A stretch of 9,038 nucleotides of DNA from Octopus sinensis. Its lineage: Eukaryota. The position numbers were made by a program, and so were the translations under genes. The notes beneath the pieces were generated by a model. That model was not told where the DNA came from and searched no databases. It saw only the letters and a list, made by a program, of their open reading frames with translations. Numbering within the stretch: position 1 is the stretch's first letter; each line of letters opens with the position of its first letter. Of this stretch, positions 1 through 7,984 are shown piece by piece. The stretch is taken from NCBI RefSeq assembly GCF_006345805.1, contig NW_021828209.1, positions 1 through 9,038 on the forward strand, written 5' to 3'.

Positions 1-36
1 GTGTGTGTTTGTGAGTGCGTGTGTGTGTGTGCGTGC

Positions 37-75
<39 letters not shown>
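1..75. repeat. (GT)n microsatellite, imperfect, runs off the window start
   Basis: GT dinucleotide run with occasional GC/GA/TT interruptions. Confidence 0.97.
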
Positions 76-76
<1 letters not shown>

Positions 77-317
77 AATGGAATTGAGATGGTGAACATT
101 CAACGCTGAAAATCAAACAGCTTTTCAACTCTGTGTGAATATATGTATGTGTGCGCGTGTACAAGGGAAGTATGTGAACTTCTGTATGTGTGAACCAGCG
201 TTCTTTCAGTAATCAACGATGTTCACTGTCACATCTCAAAAGACAACCACTCGATAACATTGACAAGTATATTGATTTAATTTACCATCCATATTTATAG
301 ATAAAACACTATAGTTA

Positions 318-349
318 GTCGTCATTTTTGACGGCACGGGGCCAGCTAG
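318..349 (+). mobile_element. Helitron-like 3' terminus (element A; 5' end not located)
   Basis: Hairpin GTCGTCA-TTTT-TGACGGC (318-335, one G-T pair), 10-nt spacer, CTAG (346-349), then T. This hairpin-spacer-CTRR layout is the standard Helitron 3' end. Confidence 0.6.
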
Positions 350-437
350 TCTATATAATAATCTGCTTGTTCGTTCGTAGGGGGTATGAGTAAATAAACG
401 AAGAGCGAAAGAAGTAGAGAAAGATGATTAATATTAA

Positions 438-658
438 CCCTTTTGTTACTGTATTTATTTTGAGAAGCTCTGTGTTTCTTTCAATTATTTTAAATATAAC
501 GAAGAATTTAGTAAAATAACTTAGTTATCATTAAGCTTGTGTTAGGAACATAAATTGTGACTAAGATTTGGTGGTAGATTTTAATGCAAAACTCATGAAA
601 ACAAAACATTTGTACTACAGAGCCAGAGCCGGTTTCAGCCGGGTTGGTAACAAAAGGG
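438..658. mobile_element. piggyBac-type MITE (221 bp, non-autonomous)
   Basis: Perfect 12-bp TIRs CCCTTTTGTTAC (438-449) / GTAACAAAAGGG (647-658), flanked by TTAA at 434-437 and 659-662. CCC...GGG ends with a TTAA TSD are diagnostic of the piggyBac superfamily. No ORF. Confidence 0.92.
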
Positions 659-826
659 TTAATGCACTTAAGGCAAGTGGTCACGTGGTCAGCTGAAGGT
701 AGAGGCGAAGAACGAGAGAAAAAGAGGGAGAGAGAAGTGTTAACGGGAAGGAATACTTATTACGTAGTTAGAAGTTAGCTGAAATGAAAGGTAGATAGAA
801 AGGTGGACAGGGGAGGCAGTTATATT

Positions 827-850
827 GAGAGAGAGAGAGAGAGAGAGAGA
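827..850. repeat. (GA)12 microsatellite
   Basis: Perfect GA run within a purine-rich tract. Confidence 0.95.
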
Positions 851-1328
851 GGGGGAGGGAGAAAGCGGAAAAGAGAAAGAGTAAGAGGTAGATAGCGGGT
901 GGTGGTGGCGTGTTGATATTGAAGAGTATGTTTTTTTATTGAACTAATTTTTTATAGCCACCGCATACGCATAAGTGCAAATATGTATCGTCTGCTCACT
1001 TAAAAAAAAAAAATTATATTTGTTTAAAAGGGTTAATTTAGCCTCAACTCTGGATTCACAAGAAACACTGTTTCGAGCAAGCTGCTCGAAAATGGATGCA
1101 CAGATATTGAGCACCGATCAGAGAGGAACAGTGAGAAGACAATAAACAGAAAACAGACAACATCGACATAGACGTGAGGAAATGAATGTTGACAAACGTC
1201 AAGAATATTTAAAGAAAGCTAAATTATGAGTGCTATAAAAATGCAAATCATCTTTTCTTTCTTAAATAGGTCCTCTTAATATTTTCCGCTACCTGGAATG
1301 TCCACAGGTCCTACTAGTAATAACTTAA

Positions 1329-1740
1329 TACTCTTTACTCTTTTTTACTCTTTTACTTGTTTCAGTCATTTGACAGCGGCTATGCTGGAGCACCGCCTTT
1401 TACTCGAGCAAATCGATCCCAGGACTTATTCTTTGTAAGCCTAGTACTTATTCTATCGGTCTCTTTTGCAGAACCGCTAAGTTATGGGGGCGTAAACACA
1501 CTAGCATAGGTTGTCAAGCGATGTTGGGGGGGGGGGACAAACACAGACACACACACACAAATATATATACATATATACGACGGGCTTCTTTTCATTTTCC
1601 GTCTACCAAATCCACTCACAAGGCTTTGGTCGACCCGAGGCTATAGTAGAAGACACTTGCTCAAGGTGCTACGCCGTGGGACTGAACCAGGAAACAAGTG
1701 GTTGGTAAGCAAGCTACTTACCCTAGCCACTCCTGTGCCT
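1329..1740 (-). mobile_element. tRNA-derived SINE, family 1, full length (copy 1)
   Basis: Reverse complement of the element at 2482-2916 along its whole length. Minus-strand head AGGCACAGGAGTGGC, B-box GGTTCAGTCCC (plus 1678-1688), CORE-like CCTTGAGCAAGTG, internal (TA)/(TG) microsatellite, short tandem AAGAGTA tail (1329-1356). Confidence 0.93.
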
Positions 1741-1799
1741 AATATAGATAAAATATGATATATTTTAGTGAGTGACATATGGTTAACCCAGTATATACC

Positions 1800-1960
1800 C
1801 GACGGGATTTTGCACCGTTTCCTCCAATCAAATTCACTCGCAAAACATTAAGCAGCCCCGGATTGTAGTGGAAGATACTTGCCCAGGGTACTCTGTAGTG
1901 GGCCTGAACCTGAAGTCACGGTATGATGTAGGTAACTGCTTAACCACAGAGCCATGCGTG
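1800..1960 (-). mobile_element. Old, diverged SINE fragment related to the family 1 head and core
   Basis: GACGGGATTTTGCACCGTTTCC...AAATTCACTCGCAA...GTAGTGGAAGATACTTGCCCAGGG...GGGCCTGAACC...TAACCACAGAGCCA aligns by eye, with many mismatches, to 1577-1737. Confidence 0.75.
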
Positions 1961-2048
1961 GGCATGTGTGAGTAAGACATTTACAGGAAGACTGGTAGTT
2001 GCCCAGCATAAAATTTTTTTCTTCCCACTCCACCGGCGTTTATTCAAG

Positions 2049-2196
2049 GGAAAAGGTAATCGACTTGGACATGGGCCGATACAGTTTTGGTACCAGAGAC
2101 AAAACTGGTATTGCTGCCAGAAAGCAAAGAATCAGAGCAGATATTGCAAAGCATCTCAACCACCATCCAATAGTTTTGGCCAAATAACTGTTCTTG
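2049..2196 (+). other. Candidate internal coding exon (unverified)
   Basis: Pyrimidine-rich tract then TTCAAG| (AG at 2047-2048); open frame GKGNRLGHGPIQFWYQRQNWYCCQKAKNQSRYCKASQPPSNSFGQITVL; donor G|GTAAGT (2197-2202). No protein family recognised. Confidence 0.2.
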
Positions 2197-2199
2197 GTA

Positions 2200-2267
2200 A
2201 GTACCTTTTTCTCGATTCCAAAAGGATGAAAGGTACAGATGAGCTCAGCGGGATTCGAACTCAGAGC
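2200..2267 (-). mobile_element. tRNA-derived SINE fragment, family 2 (B-box plus central domain)
   Basis: Minus strand reads GAGTTCGAATCCCGCTGAGCTCATCTGTACCTTTCATCCTTTTGGAATCGA. B-box is at plus 2251-2260. Overlaps the 3' part of the 7393-7475 head (GAGTTCAAATTCTGCTGAGGTCGA). The CCTTTCATCCTT motif resembles a conserved SINE central domain that I recall as Meta-type (unverified). Confidence 0.7.
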
Positions 2268-2481
2268 AAAAACATATTCTGAGGAATTCTATTTAAAGCT
2301 TCAATAAGTCTGCCAGTCCATCCACCTAGGGATCAACCAGAAATTATCTCTTAGAATATCTCTGGCATAACAGGCCTGTAAGCACGAGACAAACTTCAAA
2401 TTTTAACTTCAAGGAATTGCCTATTTTCTTCTTCCGCTTTTACACAAAATTGTTTGAAATAGTAGAGGTTCTTCTTTTTAT

Positions 2482-2916
2482 AGGCACAGGAGTGGCTATA
2501 GGCGCAGGAGTGGGTATGTGGTAAGTAGCTTGTTTACCAACCACATGGTTCCGGGTTCAGTCCCACTGCATGGCACCTTGGGCAAGTGTCTTCTACTATA
2601 GCTCGGGCGACCAAAGCCTTGTGAGTGGAGTGGTTGGTAGACGGAAACTGAAAGAAGCCCGTCGTATATATGTGATATATAATATAGTATGTGTGGTGTG
2701 TGTTTGTGTGTCTGTGTTTGTCCCCCTAGCATGGCTTGACAAACGATGCTGGTGTGTTTATGTCCCCGTTACTTAGCGGTTCGGCAAAAGAGACCGATAG
2801 AATAAGTACTGGGCTTACAAAAGAATAAGTCCCGGGGTCGAGTTGCTCGATTAAAGGCGGTGCTCCAGCATGGCCGCAGTCAAATGACTGAAACAAGTAA
2901 AGGAGTAAAAGAGTAA
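2482..2916 (+). mobile_element. tRNA-derived SINE, family 1, full length (copy 2) with a duplicated 5' end
   Basis: A-box-like TGGGTATGTGG (2511-2521), B-box GGTTCAGTCCC (2554-2564), CORE-like ACCTTGGGCAAGTG, internal (TA)/(TG) microsatellite at about 2664-2722, tail GACTGAAACAAGTAAAGGAGTAAAAGAGTAA. Inverted homolog at 1329-1740. Confidence 0.93.
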
Positions 2917-3230
2917 GTACATACACATAAATACAGATAAACACTCACATGTATATGCACACACATGGACACAAACACGCACTCACATTCACACATGCAG
3001 ACACGCACACACGCACACACACAGGCACACATGTGTGAGTGTATTTGTAAGTATGCGTGCGTATATAACTAGTTTTTAGGAATTTTCCAATGTGGCTATT
3101 CGTTATTTGTTTGCTTTTATGAGTAGAAAAATATTAACACATTTATTCGTGCATGGCGATTTCGATAGACACACACACACACACACACCACACACACACA
3201 CACAAGCACACACTCTGACACATACATACA
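2917..3230. repeat. Degenerate (CA)n-rich tracts (about 2917-3060 and 3167-3230)
   Basis: CA/CG/TA dinucleotide mixtures separated by a short AT-rich spacer. Confidence 0.85.
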
Positions 3231-3449
3231 TACTATCCTGTGTGGAGAATAGTAATGGGTATGAATACCTAATTAAAGTGTACGAGTATATTGATTCCTA
3301 TAGCTACAAATAAATACATTTTCTTGAGATATGAAAAATAAATATGGCATAAAAATATAGAGCAAATAGACACATAAAAATAGTATCTCACTTTGTTTCT
3401 GACTCAGTCAGTTTCCCTCGCTCTCGCCCTCGCTTTCCCCGAAATCTAC

Positions 3450-3960
<511 letters not shown>

Positions 3961-4243
3961 TTGGTGCATGCATACTTTTTTGCATATACAATACTAATAT
4001 ATAACTTATATACAGATATAGAAAAATGTTTGTGAATATCCACAATGCACCTACAATTACACAAAACACACACACACACACACACAACATGTGCGCTTGC
4101 GCATTCAAACAGACATATATAGACTCATAATCTGACACATTTATACATATAGTTCTTGATAACAAAAGCAAATAATGCGTAAATCGACAAAACACAATTC
4201 AAATACCCATGCCATAGTATGGTTTTGACCAGCTTACTGGGTT

Positions 4244-4249
4244 ATTATA

Positions 4250-4308
<59 letters not shown>

Positions 4309-4381
4309 CATATTTATATGTATGTTTACATACGTATATATATCGTGCACATCTATATAGATAGTGTGTATATGTCTGTAG

Positions 4382-4412
<31 letters not shown>

Positions 4413-4482
4413 AGATATATATATATATATATATATATAGAATATACATATATTTATATATATATACATATACACACATATA
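4244..4482. repeat. (TA)n-rich compound microsatellite
   Basis: Several long TA runs with interruptions. Confidence 0.93.
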
Positions 4483-4783
4483 TAAATGTTTCGATTGGGG
4501 CAATTTCTTTCTTTTAGTTGGTTAGTTTCGTCGTTTATGTCTTTGTTTTGTTTCCTCCTCCCCCCATCTATCTTTCTCTCCTTCTTCTCTCACCCCTGCA
4601 ACCACAGCTACTATTATTTTTAATTGTATTCTTACTCCTCCTCGATTATTTTTATAAATTCCCCGGAACACATCATCTACTCAAACAAACAAACACGACT
4701 CCCTTTGAACTATATTAGTTGGCTGAATATATTTATGCATTGGTTATTGAAGAAATGCTTCTATTTCTGTATCTATCTGTCTA

Positions 4784-4800
4784 ATATATATATATATATA

Positions 4801-4832
<32 letters not shown>
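4784..4832. repeat. (TA)n microsatellite, imperfect
   Basis: TA run with two AA interruptions. Confidence 0.95.
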
Positions 4833-4833
<1 letters not shown>

Positions 4834-5207
4834 TCTACTTTTATTTGCTTGGCTTGTTCGTAATTTTATTTATTCTTCCATTTTTCATATATCTCATTTT
4901 TGCTTCACCTAAAAGGTGTTTGTTACTCATGCGTTCTTTTACTACTTCGATTCCGTCTTCGTCTTGGTTCTTCTCTTTTTCATCATCTTCTTTTATCTCA
5001 TCTTCAGCATAATCACCATTATCACCGCCTGCTCCATCGTTTTCAATGCATACAATTTAAACTGATCTGAAAAATTTTCGAACAATAAACATTTCAAAAA
5101 TACGCCGGCACATTCCAAATAGGTTTTGTTAATTATCGATAATCTCCTTCAGGCGACAAGTTTCTGGAAAATTCTGTTATAAACACTGCAGTAATAGGGT
5201 AACAAAA

Positions 5208-5600
5208 TATGTATGTATATATGTATGTATGTATGTATGTATTTATGTATATAAGTATGTATGTATATGCAAAAATATGTATATATTTAGATTTATCGGC
5301 AACAACGGTAACCACAAACAAAAGTGCATACATACATGAATACATACATACATGAATGCATACATACACGAATACATACATACATACATACATATGCATG
5401 TATGTATATTCATATTTGAAAATGTATACTACATATATATATATATTCATATGTATGTTTGTATATATGATAGATATATATTCACAGTTTCATATACGTA
5501 CATATATATATATATATCACATATATATATATATAAATATATATACACACACACATATATATATATGTGTGTGTGTGTGTGTTGCATATTTGAAATGCAT
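5208..5600. repeat. Compound (ATGT)n/(ATAC)n/(TA)n/(TG)n repeats
   Basis: TATG block at about 5208-5270, its complement ATAC at about 5328-5395, then TA/CA/TG runs. Confidence 0.9.
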
Positions 5601-5626
5601 ATACAATAAAGTCGAAAATAATCAAA

Positions 5627-5818
5627 CTCACCACCAGCACGCCACCACGACCACAATGACAACTGTTCCTGCTATCACCACCACCACCACCACTACCACT
5701 CCCACCGCCACCGCCACCAAAATATTCACCACCAACTTCGCGATTACCCCTCCCCCTCTCCCTAACAACAACAACAACAACAACAACACCCACAGCAGCA
5801 ACAGCAACAGCAACAGCA
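5627..5818. repeat. Compound trinucleotide repeat (ACC)/(AAC)/(AGC)
   Basis: Phase-3 mixture of ACC, ACT, GCC, AAC and AGC units; source of the poly-T/N/S and poly-V/L ORFs. Confidence 0.9.
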
Positions 5819-5894
5819 TGATCTAAAATTTTTGGTGAATATATTCAGAAGGAAAAACAAAAACTAATTCGAAATAAAAATATCACACCTACGA

Positions 5895-5930
<36 letters not shown>
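5895..5930. repeat. (AAT)12 microsatellite
   Basis: Perfect AAT run. Confidence 0.97.
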
Positions 5931-5935
<5 letters not shown>

Positions 5936-6216
5936 TACAACAAAATTACAGAAGGGAAAAATAATAGGTGAAAAAGAAGGAATGGAACATTGAACGTTAG
6001 AAACGCTGGCGAAGATAGGGAATATTCACAGCTGAACATTTCTTTAAGCTATATCTAACCTGCAGCGGAATTTTTCTCTAGAACTCACTAATGCTGTGTA
6101 GAGTATCTTTTTTTTTTTCCTTTTTTCTGTCCTTTCTTTTCTTTTATTCCTTGTTTTAATTTTCTTCTTGAAATAATTTTGTCTGAAATTAAAAGGGAAG
6201 AATTACAATCAAAATC

Positions 6217-6240
6217 AAAAAAAAAAAAAAAAAAAAAAAA
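6217..6240. repeat. Poly(A)24
   Basis: Uninterrupted A run. Confidence 0.95.
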
Positions 6241-6255
6241 TACCTCCTCGCTCAC

Positions 6256-6590
6256 TATGTATGTATGTTGTATGTATGTATGTATGTATGTATGTATGTA
6301 TGCATGTTTGTATGTATGTATGTATGTATGTATGTATGCATGTATGCATGTATGTATGTATGCATGTATGCATGTATGTATGTATGTATGTATGTATGCA
6401 TGTATGCATGTATGTATGTATGCATGTATGTATGTATGCATGTATGTATGCATGTATGTATGCATGTATGTATGCACTTGTGTGTGTATGCATTTGTGTG
6501 TATATATGTTTGTACGTACGTACGTATGTATGTATGCATCTTTCTGTCTGCCTGTCTGTTTGTCTGTCTGTCTATCTCTCTCTCTGTCTC
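6256..6590. repeat. (TATG/CATG)n tetranucleotide array followed by (TCTG)/(TC) repeats
   Basis: More than 50 TATG units interspersed with CATG variants, then TCTG and TC blocks. Confidence 0.95.
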
Positions 6591-6602
6591 TCTTTATATA
6601 TA

Positions 6603-6994
6603 TCTTTATATATAAAAGTAAGGTTGTGTGTCTGTCTCCTACGATTTAGATTCCTAACTATTCCCACATTTTGCGGTGCAGTTTAACCAAAACCGGGTAT
6701 CTTATAGTCGTGATTCATATCGAGCCCTTCTGGGTATTAGCGCGCGTCTACGATGAGTCTACGATTAAAAAAAAAAATTACCATCAATTTTTTCCATTTT
6801 TAATGCATTTTTGGCATATATAATGGAAGTAACTCTCTCTCTAAAAATTTATTAAATCTCAGAACGTAAAAAGCTACAGTAACACCCCCCTTTGTGGTTA
6901 GCCATATTGAGATGGCTATTACACTTTACATCTCTAAAATGCTTATATAGTTATTTCCCTTACAAACCCGAGCAACGCCGGGCGATACTGCTAG
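6603..6994 (+). mobile_element. Complete non-autonomous Helitron (element C, 392 bp)
   Basis: A|TCTTTATATATAAAAG 5' end followed by a short GTGTGTCTGTCT tract. 3' hairpin CCCG-A-GC-AAC-GC-CGGG (6967-6982), 8-nt spacer, CTAG (6991-6994)|T. Removing the element restores an uninterrupted (TA)7 with no TSD, as expected for Helitron insertion between A and T. Confidence 0.85.
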
Positions 6995-7000
6995 TATATA

Positions 7001-7205
7001 ATAAATCCAAAACAAAAAAGAAGATCAAAACACAAACAAACACAACAACGCGAGAACGTGGTACATGTAAAGTATTAGCAGACGCTCAGGGAAGGAAAGA
7101 AAGATGGTTTAACGTTTCGAGCAACGCTCTTCTTCAGAAACAGACGTAAGTCCAATAGAAGGGAAGACGGAGGAAGAAAATCGCCAACGATTCACATGCG
7201 GTTAT
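7001..7205 (-). mobile_element. Non-coding, hammerhead-bearing repeat fragment, probably Penelope-like (PLE) terminal repeat-derived
   Basis: Contains a minimal hammerhead of the PLE type; its minus-strand 3' end runs through a T/G-rich tract into a TA run. Boundaries are approximate and rest on my recall of a similar octopus repeat. Confidence 0.55.
7107..7141 (-). ncRNA. Minimal type I hammerhead ribozyme motif
   Basis: Minus strand: GUUU-CUGAAGA-A-GAGC-GUU-GCUC-GAA-ACGU-U-AAAC. Stem I GUUU/AAAC, core CUGANGA, stem II GAGC/GCUC, GAAA, palindromic ACGU stem III, GUU cleavage triplet. Confidence 0.75.
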
Positions 7206-7392
7206 AATACTTTTACAAGAAGTGGTATGATATTGATTTCGAAGTCTCTGTCGCCTAAAGGCTAGTGACCCGAAATTTTGAAATCACGGTCACTGTTCAT
7301 ATTATCAATGTATAATAAATACGTATCCTAGCGAATAATTCTGAGTAATTTTTGAAACTAATGTTAAATTGGTTTTAATATAACTCGACACA

Positions 7393-7475
7393 AAGACGGT
7401 GAGCTGACAGAAACGTTACCACATCGGGCATTTCGACCGTGTTCAGGTTTTGAGTTCAAATTCTGCTGAGGTCGA
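7393..7475 (+). mobile_element. tRNA-derived SINE head, family 2 (3'-truncated)
   Basis: A-box-like TGAGCTGACAGAAACG and B-box GAGTTCAAATTC (7452-7463); 3' part similar to the reverse complement of 2235-2267. Confidence 0.72.
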
Positions 7476-7546
7476 ATATTATGATTGTTTATAGGGGAAG
7501 AGATAGAGGAAATAAGAGGAGAGGGAGAGAGACAGGCGCTAGAATG

Positions 7547-7548
<2 letters not shown>

Positions 7549-7585
<37 letters not shown>

Positions 7586-7645
7586 AGAAAGAGAAAGAAA
7601 GAAAGAAAGAGAGAAAGAAAGAGAGAAAGAGAAAGAGAGAGAGAG
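7549..7645. repeat. (GA)n/(GAAA)n polypurine tract
   Basis: Pure purine run of GA and GAAA units. Confidence 0.95.
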
Positions 7646-7984
7646 TGCAGATAAAATGGGGTAGATTTTGGTGTACGAAGACAGAACAGATGATCGACCA
7701 TGGGTGGTGGTGTTGAAATCAGTGGTATCATCTCGTGAAAGAGATTTAGATAGGTATCTAAGAATGTACTTTCGTTCATGTAAACCAAGTGCAAAGGACT
7801 CTGAATTGGCATTTACATTCACCTAGCCTAAAGCATCTCTTAAGAACTAGCCTTTCCTCCGTTAAACACAGTTTGCACTTCTTGCTGTAAAATAGTCAAA
7901 TACATTTAACTTTTATATGCACGATTATTGGATTGAAAAGACGTTAACAGAATTCCTCATTATGGAGATGGCAAGTGATTGTCA

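Larger units (their letters stand above)
350..1317 (+). mobile_element. Putative degenerate non-autonomous Helitron (element B) containing a nested MITE
   Basis: Starts TCTATATAATAA (Helitron-like TC 5' end) directly after the CTAG at 349. Ends with hairpin ACCT-GGA-ATG-TCC-AC-AGGT (1291-1309), a 4-nt spacer and CTAG (1314-1317) followed by T. Pairing these two ends is inference; the 3' end is better supported than the 5' end. Confidence 0.35.

Noticed and set aside
1026-1036. AAAAGGGTTAA resembling a second piggyBac right end
   Set aside because: Only 7 bp match the TIR and there is no partner left end other than the one already used by the 438-658 MITE.
1066-1095. GTTTCGAGCAA shared with the hammerhead at 7114-7124, forming a hairpin ending in GAAA
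   Set aside because: No CUGANGA core on either strand, so it is not a hammerhead.
1511-2944. ORFs 1511-1708, 1848-2033, 2496-2732, 2570-2776 and 2726-2944
   Set aside because: They lie within SINE copies; the shared peptides (GGQTQTH, HSQGFGRP) simply reflect SINE homology.
3399-3411. Palindrome CTGACT-C-AGTCAG containing an AP-1-like TGACTCA
   Set aside because: A single short motif with no promoter context; expected by chance in 9 kb.
4975-5007. CTGAAGA...GAAA on the minus strand
   Set aside because: The intervening sequence cannot form stem II; chance match within GAA/GAT repeats.
6100-6247. T-rich arm followed by an A-rich arm ending in poly(A)24 (possible fold-back or retrocopy tail)
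   Set aside because: Complementarity is limited to homopolymer and low-complexity pairing; no TSD or recognisable element body.
7264-7294. Inverted repeat AGTGACC...GGTCACT
   Set aside because: Only a 7-bp stem with a 17-nt loop; no associated element end.
7665-7826. 53-codon plus frame ILVYEDRTDDRPWVVVLKSVV...AFTFT*, antisense to the 7364-7822 ORF
   Set aside because: No convincing acceptor site, no recognisable domain, and the length is within chance expectation; the long minus ORF is extended only by the GA microsatellite.
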